Source: a virus
Taxonomy: Duplodnaviria > Heunggongvirae > Uroviricota > Caudoviricetes
Length of the DNA: 64,000 nucleotides
Virus record (IMG/VR): IMGVR_UViG_3300022871_000010
Direction: 5' to 3' (one strand)
The position numbers and the translations under genes are program-made. Each line of letters begins with the position of its first letter. The stretch's first letter is position 1. Shown one piece after another: positions 36,808 through 45,628 of this stretch. The notes under the pieces are model-generated. The model ran no database searches, had not been told where the DNA came from, and saw only the letters and a list, made by a program, of their open reading frames with translations.

Positions 36808-37410
36808 ATGAAAGTCATATCAACTAAAGAGGAATTTTTAAGACACACATATATAGGAAAGAAAGTTTTCATTATAGAAGTAGGGAAGACAGGATACACT
36901 GCTAAGTTTGAAGAACTAAAGCAAACAGCATTATTGTATGACACATTAATGATTAAAGGAAACGATGTATTCGAGCAAGGAAAAGATATTAGCGATTTCC
37001 TTAAAGAAATAAAACAAGACAATCCTTTAATACAAATATTAATTCAAACAAAACCGCTATCAACACCAGTATATATGGGAGCTATAACGGATGTTACATA
37101 TATAGTTATGATAGAATCATGCAGAGTTGAAGGAAACAAAAATAAAATATATTCAGAAAAAGCTTTAGATTGGCACATTAATACTGGGGCAAGATTCATA
37201 TTTAATGTAAAAGACGAAGATGATTATGACAACATGGTTGTTCTCGCAGGAAAAAATAATATGAAAAAATACAATATGTATATTCATGTTATCAGCGAAG
37301 ATTTTTATCAATATAGTAACTGGGCTAATGCTCACGATTATAACTTGTTTATAGAATTTACAGGTTCATGGCTTGGAGAAAACGATGGCGAAGAAGAAAC
37401 AACTGAGTGA
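36808..37410 (+). CDS. Hypothetical protein (200 aa).
   Basis: ORF with the SD gaggag. Confidence 0.5.
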   Translation: MKVISTKEEFLRHTYIGKKVFIIEVGKTGYTAKFEELKQTALLYDTLMIKGNDVFEQGKDISDFLKEIKQDNPLIQILIQTKPLSTPVYMGAITDVTYIVMIESCRVEGNKNKIYSEKALDWHINTGARFIFNVKDEDDYDNMVVLAGKNNMKKYNMYIHVISEDFYQYSNWANAHDYNLFIEFTGSWLGENDGEEETTE

Positions 37411-37900
37411 ACTAGACGAATTAGTCTACCATAGACAGGAGTTATATAAAACTTTAGATAATGAGAAAGATGATTATGACAAAAAGCGTAAAATTATTGA
37501 TGAAATAAATAGAGATATAATAAAATTATCAAGACTTAAAGCTGCAGAAATGGCTGAAGAAGTTGATGAAAAAACTAAGAAAATAATAAAAAAGCGTGAA
37601 GCCATAACCCAAGAGCTTAAAGATATTAAAGCAAAAAACATAGTGGTTAAAGAAACAATCACAGACTCACAAACTGAAAAACTTATAGTTATATTATTAT
37701 CACATAGAAAATATGACACTATAGAAAAAGTAGTTAAAGTATTAAAAAATCACACTGACGAACAACCAGAAGCATTACAAATAACGGTTGAACGATTTAT
37801 TAAAAAAGTTATAGCACAAAAAGCAATAAAGTATAATAAGTATGAATGGAACGATGTGAAATATTTATTAACAATGGAGGTAACAAAAAATGAAAAATAA
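37385..37900 (+). CDS. Coiled-coil K/E-rich protein. The start is probably the ATG at 37385.
   Basis: ORF only. Confidence 0.45.
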   Translation: MAKKKQLSELDELVYHRQELYKTLDNEKDDYDKKRKIIDEINRDIIKLSRLKAAEMAEEVDEKTKKIIKKREAITQELKDIKAKNIVVKETITDSQTEKLIVILLSHRKYDTIEKVVKVLKNHTDEQPEALQITVERFIKKVIAQKAIKYNKYEWNDVKYLLTMEVTKNEK

Positions 37901-38037
37901 ATTAAATAAAGAAACAGTTATATATATGACAATAGGAATAGCACTAGGAATCATAATTGCGAACATAATTACTTGGGTAATAAAACACTTATTAAATACA
38001 TTAATATAAAATGAATTAACTATGGCGGTGAAACAAA

Positions 38038-38295
38038 ATGAAAAATAATTTAACAAATAATGCATTGGTGTTTGCAAGCGTGATATTCGGGGTTTTAACA
38101 ATACTTATATTATGTATAGGAGTACTAAAACTTGGAAATTTTATTGTTGACACTTCAATATCACAACGCGCAGAAGTTGAGTGCAAAAATATATGTGATG
38201 TTCACGGGTTATATTTTACAGGGGATATACAACAAAATGTTTGTGTATGCAGTATAAATAACCCAGATTTAAAACCAATAATAATAGAGGAATAA
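38038..38295 (+). CDS. Small membrane protein with four Cys (85 aa).
   Basis: N-terminal transmembrane helix. CKNICDVHG...CVCS. Confidence 0.45.
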   Translation: MKNNLTNNALVFASVIFGVLTILILCIGVLKLGNFIVDTSISQRAEVECKNICDVHGLYFTGDIQQNVCVCSINNPDLKPIIIEE

Positions 38296-38298
38296 AAA

Positions 38299-38505
38299 AT
38301 GAATGAAGAAATGTTAAGTGAAGGTGGGTATTCAAACTTGAACCCAATACTAATTATTGGTATAGTATTAATGGTTATACCAACAATAACAACGATAGCG
38401 CATTACACTATGCCAGGATGGGCGAGTGGAGCGTGTAGAATAATAGGATTAATAGGAATATTAGTTGGCGCAGTTATGTCAATAATGAGTGCATCACAAA
38501 ACTAA
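38299..38505 (+). CDS. Small membrane protein (68 aa).
   Basis: Two transmembrane helices. Confidence 0.45.
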   Translation: MNEEMLSEGGYSNLNPILIIGIVLMVIPTITTIAHYTMPGWASGACRIIGLIGILVGAVMSIMSASQN

Positions 38506-38514
38506 GAGGACAAA

Positions 38515-38757
38515 ATGGCTAAAGAAAGAATACAAATAATTAAAGTAGTAACAAAACATTTTTTAGCAGACTTTTGGTCTGGATTACAAAACATTGTTGG
38601 CGCAAATTTAAGTCAGTACGAACAAATGGTCCAACAAGGGATAGACCAGATAGAATTAGAACTTAAAGAAAAAAAGATTAAGCTAAAATGGTATCGTTAC
38701 GAAATGACACAATTAACTAACGGCGCTTTAGCAATAATGCTTTACGGGGAGAAATAA
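38515..38757 (+). CDS. Hypothetical protein (80 aa).
   Basis: ORF with the SD gaggac. Confidence 0.45.
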   Translation: MAKERIQIIKVVTKHFLADFWSGLQNIVGANLSQYEQMVQQGIDQIELELKEKKIKLKWYRYEMTQLTNGALAIMLYGEK

Positions 38758-38759
38758 GT

Positions 38760-39212
38760 ATGAGCCCTTTAAGATTATTGTTTTTTATGGTGTGCACGAG
38801 TTTATTCATGCTTGGTGGAATAGCAGGCACAGGAATAAATATACAAAACCAAGCATGCTTAGATGCTGGTGAAACCGTAGAAACTTGCGGAATGCAAGAA
38901 GTAGAAACACTATATACTTTAAGCGGTCTCGCAGAATATATGACTTTAGAAAAATATGGATATAGTGACCCAACAACTTTTGTGGAATTGATTGTGATTA
39001 TAGCATTGGTTGGAATTATTTTAACATTAAAGATTGTAGTATATGTCACGCTTTATGGGATACATTTTTCTATAGCCCAAGGGTATACAAGTATGTTAGC
39101 ATGGACTATATTAGCATACACAACAATTGGTTTAATGATAGCAATAGTTTTTAGAGACTTAATAATATTAGCAGGATATACAATATATAAAAAAATAAAA
39201 AAATTGGTGTAA
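38760..39212 (+). CDS. Membrane protein (150 aa).
   Basis: Four hydrophobic helices. Confidence 0.5.
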   Translation: MSPLRLLFFMVCTSLFMLGGIAGTGINIQNQACLDAGETVETCGMQEVETLYTLSGLAEYMTLEKYGYSDPTTFVELIVIIALVGIILTLKIVVYVTLYGIHFSIAQGYTSMLAWTILAYTTIGLMIAIVFRDLIILAGYTIYKKIKKLV

Positions 39213-39220
39213 TATAAAAA

Positions 39221-42200
39221 ATGATTAGAGAAAAAGAATATGTTTGTCCTCCAAATTTTGAGGATGTATTAATATACGATATAGAGACAGCGGCATTCGG
39301 GGATTCGCCTAATGCACAAAAAAATGATTTAAGAGTATTTGGGTATTATTCATTTAATACAGATACTCTAGGAACATTACCGTATTATGATAAAGAAGGT
39401 ATTCAGAAACTTATTGATGAACATAAATTCTTAGTAGGTTATAATAATATAGAATATGATAATCCAATATTAGAGAGAGAAGGAATTTCTTTAGAGTATA
39501 AACGAATGGTTGATTTGATGAAAATATTATTAAATAGGGCCGGCGGAATGAAAACAAATAAAGGAATGGTTGGGCAAGAACTATTAAGATATTCGTTAGA
39601 CGCAGTGACAAGATTCTTTGACTTAGTAAATGATGAAACAGCAAAAGGAGATTTAGATTATTCAATATTGAAAAAAACTAAATGGACTAAAGAAGAAAAA
39701 GATGATATAATAAAATATACTAAAAGAGATATTGAAATAACTAAAAAGCTTTATTTATTTATGGAAAAATATTTTGAAGGATTTAAAGACTTCGTTCCAG
39801 AAAAAGATATTAAAGGAAAATATTATTTAACTGACAGTATGGCAAAAGTTGTATACAAAGCAATATGTCACGCCCTTAAATGGGAACCAGAATATGATAA
39901 AGACTTCACTCCAGAACTTGCGAAAGATAGAATTGACGGCGGATATGTATCATACCCGGCTGGAGAAAAGTTTGTAGGAAATATTTATTGCCTGGATTAT
40001 AACAGCCTTTATCCATCAATTATGATGATGTGTAACCTTTACGGAAGAAACAAGACTACATTCAAAGGATGGAATGGTGATAACTATTTTGATGTAAAAG
40101 GGTTTTATGATAGTGAAAACCAAAGTGAAACTTCAGTACTATTACAAAACTTATATTTATTAAGAATGATGTATAAACGAAAACTATTATTAGAAGACGG
40201 ACACATCATTAAAATGATAGACAAAAAGAATGGGAAAAGTGTTTATGATTATATAGGACAAAAATATCATCACGTAAGTAAACACGCAGGTGGGCAGATT
40301 TGTTCCTCTTTAGAATTATTAACCAAAGCGCAAGCAGACCATTTCTATAAAATAACTTTAGAAGGAATGGACCCAAGAGAGTACACTATTAAAATAATTA
40401 TTAATTGCTTTGATGAGACAGGACAAGTAATGACCCCCGAAGGAATTAAGTATATCAAAGATTGCAAAGTCGGTGATATGGTTTATTCTATTAATCCAAA
40501 AAATTCATTATTAGAAGTAAAACCAATAATCGATGTAACTAAAAGAGAATACACTGGGAGTTTTCACAATTACAGAAGCAACGGATATAATTTTAGAATA
40601 ACCCCGAATCATAAGTTATTATTAAATAACAAACATCAAAAACAAGGCGACAGTGTATTTTTAAAATCTGTAAGTTTAAGAGACCAAAGAATTATTCCAT
40701 CCGCCAAACCTAATTTTCCGGAACAACCAGAATTTATTTATTTAGACGATGTATACCATGAAAATTTTATGGTAGCTATAAGACCTAAAGACAATGAACA
40801 ATTGTTTTTCACAGATAATAATTTAGATATTAATGATTTCAGGTACAGTACAGTATTGAAGGCATACATAATTAAATACAGTGAAATAAAAAAAACTTTA
40901 AGAACATTAGAAAATTGTGATATAAAATGTTATCACGAAGACACAATCATTAGAGATTGCAATGCAATGGATTATAAAATGGATAGAAAAACTTTTATGG
41001 AATTGATTGGATGGTTAATATTCAGAGGAAATATTCATAAAGTTAAAACATACACTACAATAAATCCTAGAACACTAAAAGTAAAAAAAGTTGCGGAAAG
41101 ACAGTTCATGACAATTAAAGGAACACATAGTTGGTCTGAAACAATAACAGTTAAAGCAATATTTGATTTGTGTAAATCTCTGGGGTTGCATCCAGTAAAA
41201 CAAGGAAAAATAATATTATGTCATAATCAGATTTTAGTAAATATGATGTTACCATATAAAGTTGACGACACCCTAATGAATTTAGAAGGGTTCCTAAAAT
41301 ATTTAGATGCTGAAACCGCGCACTTAATAATTAAAACGATGATAAAATTTTCTCAAGAAAATTCATCAACAGACATATGTGTTTGGGATGAAGGAGCAAA
41401 AATAGCAGTATGCAAACTTATAACTTTAGCTGGAGGAACTTTTGTTTTAACACCAAAAAAGAATTTTACTAGAATAAGAACATCTTTTGTTCCAACGCTA
41501 ATAGGACCAAAAAATAAAAAATCATATCAACACAGTGGACCAATATATAACATTCATGTAAAAGATAACCATACTATACTTGCGGGGAGCTATGGGAAAT
41601 TTAATTGGATAGGGCAAACATCCTACGGGATTTTAGATAAGAAGTACTACAAATTAGTATATGATAAAGTTGCCGCAGGAGATTGTACCAGATTAGCCAG
41701 ACAATGGGTTAAGTTAGCAAGAAAAAGGTTTAAGGCCGAAGGATACAAAATCATATATACAGATAGTGTAACTAAAGATATGAAAGTAACTTTACAGAAT
41801 GACGAACAAATAACGGTTGAAGAATACTGGAATAAGTATGCGGCAAATAAAGAGTTAGTTGCAGAAACAAAATTTAGACATGAAGACAAAGAATATGGTG
41901 ATTGTATCAAACCAATACTAACATGCAACGATTTATACAAGAACGAGTTTCAAACACCAGTACAAATAATAAGGCACAAGAAAGCTGATAGAATTTATGA
42001 ATTTCATACAGAATCAGGTAAAGTATTAAAATGTACAGCAGACCATTCAATAATAACATTAGACTTAGACACCATGCAATATAAGACAATAACACCAGAA
42101 GAAGCAAAAGAAGTAGGGTTTTTATTAATTGACGTTAGAACGCACGGAATGGCTCCTGATGATATGACTTTAGAGGAAGCAGATTTCACAATGGATGCAA

Positions 42201-43021
42201 TAGTTAAAACAGAAGAATATTTCGAGAATGATTATGTTTATGACTTTTCAATAGATGATTACGAAAAGTTCTATGCCAACGATGTATTAGTACATAATAC
42301 TGATTCATGGTATTTTGAAGATGTGTACGACGACCCACAAAGATTCCTGGAATTAAAGGACAAATTAATTGAGGAAATAAAAACACACACACCATTCCCA
42401 TCGGCAACATTTGATGCAGGAGTAGATGATGAAATTAAAGCAATGTTCTTTTTTCAAGCAAGAAAAGGTAAAGCTGCTAAAGAAGAAGATGAAAGCGAAT
42501 TAGATGATGATGACCGAATGTATAAACCTTTAGGCCTAATGAAAAAGAATTACATTTATGTAACCCAGAAAGACAAATTAGTATTAAAGAATTTAGGGAT
42601 AAAGAAAAAAAGTATCAGTGCATTATCTAAAAAGATATTTTGGGAATACATGGTTCCAATAATAAAGAAAGACTTTGTAGTAAAGTTTTCTAAAGTAAAG
42701 ATAGATAACTTAATGATTGAATATTTATCTGAAAATATAGAGTTAGCCTATATGAGAAAGAAAGTTAAATCATATGGGGCGTATAAGAAATCAAACACAA
42801 TAATTCAAGCACAGATAGCTAAGAAGTATGGCCCAGGAATACATTTTTTAATACCAAACAAAAGACATATTGGTGTTGGAAAAGGAGTAACTTATTGTTC
42901 AGACAAAGAATTCAAAGAGACAGGAATGAGCATAGCAGATATAGATTTAGAATATTATCGTAAAGAATTAGCTTATTTTGCAGTAGATAACAGACAACAA
43001 AAGTTGTTTGATATGTTTTAG
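39221..43021 (+). CDS. polB: Family-B DNA polymerase with a 3'-5' exonuclease domain, interrupted by two inteins. The extein is about 694 aa, or about 740 aa if intein 2 takes the shorter Cys-start boundary.
   Basis: Exo I IYDIETAA, Exo II YNNIEYDNPIL, Exo III YTKRDIEIT. Motif A LDYNSLYPSI. Motif B KIIIN-[intein]-SYGKF. Motif C GYKIIYTD-[intein]-TDSWYFE. KxY motif KKNYIYV. Confidence 0.85.
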   Translation: MIREKEYVCPPNFEDVLIYDIETAAFGDSPNAQKNDLRVFGYYSFNTDTLGTLPYYDKEGIQKLIDEHKFLVGYNNIEYDNPILEREGISLEYKRMVDLMKILLNRAGGMKTNKGMVGQELLRYSLDAVTRFFDLVNDETAKGDLDYSILKKTKWTKEEKDDIIKYTKRDIEITKKLYLFMEKYFEGFKDFVPEKDIKGKYYLTDSMAKVVYKAICHALKWEPEYDKDFTPELAKDRIDGGYVSYPAGEKFVGNIYCLDYNSLYPSIMMMCNLYGRNKTTFKGWNGDNYFDVKGFYDSENQSETSVLLQNLYLLRMMYKRKLLLEDGHIIKMIDKKNGKSVYDYIGQKYHHVSKHAGGQICSSLELLTKAQADHFYKITLEGMDPREYTIKIIINCFDETGQVMTPEGIKYIKDCKVGDMVYSINPKNSLLEVKPIIDVTKREYTGSFHNYRSNGYNFRITPNHKLLLNNKHQKQGDSVFLKSVSLRDQRIIPSAKPNFPEQPEFIYLDDVYHENFMVAIRPKDNEQLFFTDNNLDINDFRYSTVLKAYIIKYSEIKKTLRTLENCDIKCYHEDTIIRDCNAMDYKMDRKTFMELIGWLIFRGNIHKVKTYTTINPRTLKVKKVAERQFMTIKGTHSWSETITVKAIFDLCKSLGLHPVKQGKIILCHNQILVNMMLPYKVDDTLMNLEGFLKYLDAETAHLIIKTMIKFSQENSSTDICVWDEGAKIAVCKLITLAGGTFVLTPKKNFTRIRTSFVPTLIGPKNKKSYQHSGPIYNIHVKDNHTILAGSYGKFNWIGQTSYGILDKKYYKLVYDKVAAGDCTRLARQWVKLARKRFKAEGYKIIYTDSVTKDMKVTLQNDEQITVEEYWNKYAANKELVAETKFRHEDKEYGDCIKPILTCNDLYKNEFQTPVQIIRHKKADRIYEFHTESGKVLKCTADHSIITLDLDTMQYKTITPEEAKEVGFLLIDVRTHGMAPDDMTLEEADFTMDAIVKTEEYFENDYVYDFSIDDYEKFYANDVLVHNTDSWYFEDVYDDPQRFLELKDKLIEEIKTHTPFPSATFDAGVDDEIKAMFFFQARKGKAAKEEDESELDDDDRMYKPLGLMKKNYIYVTQKDKLVLKNLGIKKKSISALSKKIFWEYMVPIIKKDFVVKFSKVKIDNLMIEYLSENIELAYMRKKVKSYGAYKKSNTIIQAQIAKKYGPGIHFLIPNKRHIGVGKGVTYCSDKEFKETGMSIADIDLEYYRKELAYFAVDNRQQKLFDMF
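40406..41587 (+). mobile_element. PolB intein 1 (about aa 396-789), carrying a LAGLIDADG-type endonuclease, at the motif-B (pol-b) site. The C-terminal junction is non-canonical.
   Basis: Starts CFDETGQVMTPEGIKYIKDCKVGDMVYSI. LAGLIDADG-like LIGWLIFRGN and LITLAGGTF. Block F-like IYNIHVKDNHTILAG. No His-Asn immediately before the SYGKF that restores motif B. Confidence 0.6.
41765..42298 (+). mobile_element. PolB mini-intein 2 at the motif-C (pol-c) site. The preferred boundary is a Ser-1 start (aa 849-1026), giving the spliced motif YTDTDS. The alternative is a Cys start at 41903 after EYGD.
   Basis: Block A SVTKDMKVTLQNDEQITVEEY. Block B VLKCTADHSIITLD. C-terminus ANDVLVHN|TDS. Confidence 0.65.
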
Positions 43022-43032
43022 GTGATAAAAAA

Positions 43033-43323
43033 ATGGAGATAAAAAAAATGAATTTTAAATATATGAGTTTTGTAATAGTTTTAATAATAATAGCAATGTT
43101 TGGCACGAATTTAATTATGGGTTCAGCGGACGATTACACATATTGTGAAGTTGGAAACATGATAAATGGCACAAACGGAGAACCTTCATATTGTGACATT
43201 GGAGAATATGGAACAACAGAGGTTTCTTATCATGATGATAACATTAAAATACTTATGTTATTACCAATGTTTATGATTATATTGGCGGCATTTTTAATGG
43301 CTAATGTAGTTGTTGGAGAGTGA
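43033..43323 (+). CDS. Small membrane or secreted Cys protein (96 aa).
   Basis: Hydrophobic helices at both the N- and C-termini. CEVG...YCDIGEY. Confidence 0.45.
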   Translation: MEIKKMNFKYMSFVIVLIIIAMFGTNLIMGSADDYTYCEVGNMINGTNGEPSYCDIGEYGTTEVSYHDDNIKILMLLPMFMIILAAFLMANVVVGE

Positions 43324-43826
43324 AAAATACAATGGTAAACACAATAGGAATAGATGGTGGAGTTAATGGTGGGATTGTAGTATTAGATGAAAACAAACAA
43401 ATAATATTTAAAACAATAATGCCTGCGATTGGAAAAACAAGAAAAGAATTTGATATTAAAGCACTATATATAATATTAAGAGGATTCTTTGATGCAGACT
43501 TAATTATAGAAAAAGCACAACCAAGATATAGAGATGGAAGTAAATCAGCATTCAAAACAGGATTCGGTTATGCAGTACTTCAGTCTTTAGCCATAGCATT
43601 ACATATGCCTTACAGAATAGTACCTGCTAAAGAATGGCAGCAACATATTTTTAAAAGTAAAAAAGTAGAAAATACAAAAACATCAAGTATAGTATTTTGT
43701 AAAAAAAAGTGGAAAGACGAAAAATGGCTTAGAACACCAAGATGCCAAAATGAACACGATGGAATGACAGATGCAGCATGCATAGCATATTATGGGATGA
43801 TAACTAAAGAGGTAGACAAAAAATGA
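43320..43826 (+). CDS. RuvC-like Holliday-junction resolvase (RNase H fold) (168 aa).
   Basis: N-terminus TIGIDGGVNGGIVVLDEN and C-terminus HDGMTDAACIAYYG match the RuvC/A22 catalytic D...E...D(A) pattern. Confidence 0.55.
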   Translation: MKNTMVNTIGIDGGVNGGIVVLDENKQIIFKTIMPAIGKTRKEFDIKALYIILRGFFDADLIIEKAQPRYRDGSKSAFKTGFGYAVLQSLAIALHMPYRIVPAKEWQQHIFKSKKVENTKTSSIVFCKKKWKDEKWLRTPRCQNEHDGMTDAACIAYYGMITKEVDKK

Positions 43827-44110
43827 TTAATGATAAAGTTATAAGTACGTTATATGTAATAGTAGTTTTTGCAATAGTCTGGGGGGTAATATATTCTTTA
43901 AAATATTTTAAACTATTAGATAATACACAACATAAAGAGCCAGTGATAAAACTTGAACCCATAAATAGGTTTGAAGTAATAAACTATACGGGAAGAATTA
44001 TGGTAATGAATGGTACGATGCATTATGATATTCAAGATAACAGAAACACTTTAAAAGTTTTTTTAGGAGATAAAAAACTTACATTAGTAGAGGATGAACA
44101 AAATGTATGA
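43823..44110 (+). CDS. Small membrane protein (95 aa).
   Basis: N-terminal transmembrane helix. Confidence 0.45.
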   Translation: MINDKVISTLYVIVVFAIVWGVIYSLKYFKLLDNTQHKEPVIKLEPINRFEVINYTGRIMVMNGTMHYDIQDNRNTLKVFLGDKKLTLVEDEQNV

Positions 44111-44414
44111 TGATGAAGGCATTGGGACAATTGGGAAGTCGATAATAGGAGTAGTAGTAACAATAGCAGTTTTTGGGCTACTAGTGTTTTTAATGTCACT
44201 AGTATTAAAAGGAACCGTTGAAGCGAGAAAAACATGGTTTACAGAAAAAGAATGGATTACTTTAGAACAAGCATATTGCGCAGACTTTGGAATGACTACA
44301 GAACACTATATTGATGACAGTTATAAAGGAATACCATTAACAAAAACAAAATGTGTAGGGTCACAAGGCGAAAGAACAATAGATTATAACCACGAACTAT
44401 TTTATAAAAGGTGA
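44094..44414 (+). CDS. Small membrane protein (106 aa).
   Basis: Transmembrane helix IIGVVVTIAVFGLLVFLMSLVL. Confidence 0.45.
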   Translation: MNKMYDDEGIGTIGKSIIGVVVTIAVFGLLVFLMSLVLKGTVEARKTWFTEKEWITLEQAYCADFGMTTEHYIDDSYKGIPLTKTKCVGSQGERTIDYNHELFYKR

Positions 44415-44420
44415 TTAACC

Positions 44421-44588
44421 ATGGGTTTTAAACAATTAATCAGAAATTTGAGAAACAATAGTTGCGCAGTGTGTGGTAAATTTATGCCCAATTATTGTGT
44501 TGAACATAAAACCATTGGAAACGTTACAGTCCCGTGTCATAAGGAATGTGAGTTAAGAAATGAACATTTGAAAAAAGGTGATGAATGA
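44421..44588 (+). CDS. Zinc-ribbon mini-protein (55 aa). Not in the ORF track.
   Basis: MGFKQLIRNLRNNSCAVCGKF...VPCHKEC. The stop overlaps the next start. Confidence 0.5.
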   Translation: MGFKQLIRNLRNNSCAVCGKFMPNYCVEHKTIGNVTVPCHKECELRNEHLKKGDE

Positions 44589-44591
44589 ATG

Positions 44592-44747
44592 ATGGAAACA
44601 ATAGAAACTAAATGTCAACAATGTGGGAAAACAGTTACAATAGAAGCCAATGGAGTATATTTCGGAATATTATGTTCTGAATGTATAAAAGGAACAAAGT
44701 TTATTAAAACAAGAAATGATTTTTTATGCAAGGAGACAAAAAAATGA
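44592..44747 (+). CDS. Zinc-ribbon mini-protein (51 aa).
   Basis: CQQCGK...CSEC. Confidence 0.5.
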   Translation: METIETKCQQCGKTVTIEANGVYFGILCSECIKGTKFIKTRNDFLCKETKK

Positions 44748-44800
44748 AATATCTTATATTTATTGCAGAAATTATTGATAAAAAATGTTAATATAAAATT

Positions 44801-44968
44801 ATGAACAACGAGCGAGAACATTTAGGAAGAATAGAAAAATTAAGAGTCGGGCAATGGATGTCATGGTGTTTGTTTTTAAATATGGATTGTTACATGTCTG
44901 CATCATGTATTGATGAAGTAAGAGAAAAAATAAGGAAATTGAACTCTAATAAGGTGATGTATAAATGA
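44801..44968 (+). CDS. Small Cys-containing protein (55 aa).
   Basis: ORF whose stop overlaps the next ATG (TAAATGA). Confidence 0.4.
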   Translation: MNNEREHLGRIEKLRVGQWMSWCLFLNMDCYMSASCIDEVREKIRKLNSNKVMYK

Positions 44969-45129
44969 ATAAACTTATTTGCGGTATCTGCAAAAAAGAA
45001 GTAAAAGGTTTAGCAGTGCTTAGTCCAACACTTAATGAATCTGAAAGATGTATGTGCCCAAGTTGTTTTAAAAAGAAATATCCCGTTAATAAAAAAGAAT
45101 TAGCCAAAATGATAGGTGATGACGAATGA
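44965..45129 (+). CDS. Zinc-ribbon mini-protein (54 aa).
   Basis: CGICKK...CMCPSC. ATGA overlap with the upstream stop. Confidence 0.5.
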   Translation: MNKLICGICKKEVKGLAVLSPTLNESERCMCPSCFKKKYPVNKKELAKMIGDDE

Positions 45130-45302
45130 ATGAGTTTTTTGAAAAAAGAATGTTAATAGAAACAAAGAAAGAAATAACAATAGAACTAGAAAATGAAATT
45201 ACTGCGGCCTTAAAGAAAGTATTTAAAAAACACAAAAATGAGTTTAGATACATTGTAGATTTTGAGTACGGAATATGGGTTACAGACGGGGGCATAGAAT
45301 GA
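45126..45302 (+). CDS. Small protein (58 aa).
   Basis: ORF with ATGA coupling at both ends. Confidence 0.4.
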   Translation: MNEFFEKRMLIETKKEITIELENEITAALKKVFKKHKNEFRYIVDFEYGIWVTDGGIE

Positions 45303-45421
45303 AAATAAAGTGTAAATGCTGTGGTTTAGATATTGACGATAAATGGATTTATTACGAATATGGTAATTTGATAATATGTCATTTTTGTTATAAAATGTTA
45401 GAAAGAAAAGGTGAGGAATAA
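45299..45421 (+). CDS. Zinc-ribbon mini-protein (40 aa).
   Basis: CKCCGL...CHFC. Its stop at 45419-45421 abuts the ATG of the next gene at 45422 (TAAATG). Confidence 0.5.
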   Translation: MKIKCKCCGLDIDDKWIYYEYGNLIICHFCYKMLERKGEE

Positions 45422-45628
45422 ATGAAAACAACAAAAGAAATATTATATGACAATTACGATATAAATATTACTAATGAACCAATAGCAGATTGCCCTAATA
45501 CTAAATGGTATTCTGAAGAAGAAATAATGAAAGCCATAAAAAATACTAAATATAGTCAAACACAATTACCTTACAAAATAGATTTATTTGAAGATTTTTT
45601 AAACAGATTATTAGGTGATAAGAAATGA
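45422..45628 (+). CDS. Hypothetical protein (68 aa).
   Basis: ORF only. Confidence 0.45.
   Translation: MKTTKEILYDNYDINITNEPIADCPNTKWYSEEEIMKAIKNTKYSQTQLPYKIDLFEDFLNRLLGDKK

Noticed and set aside
41891-41905. EYGD|C as the N-terminal boundary of the motif-C intein.
   Set aside because: It would leave a hydrophilic 46-aa insert and two motif-C-like sequences in the extein. The Ser-1 boundary after GYKIIYTD gives a canonical YTDTDS strand and a block-A-like intein N-terminus. It is retained only as an alternative.
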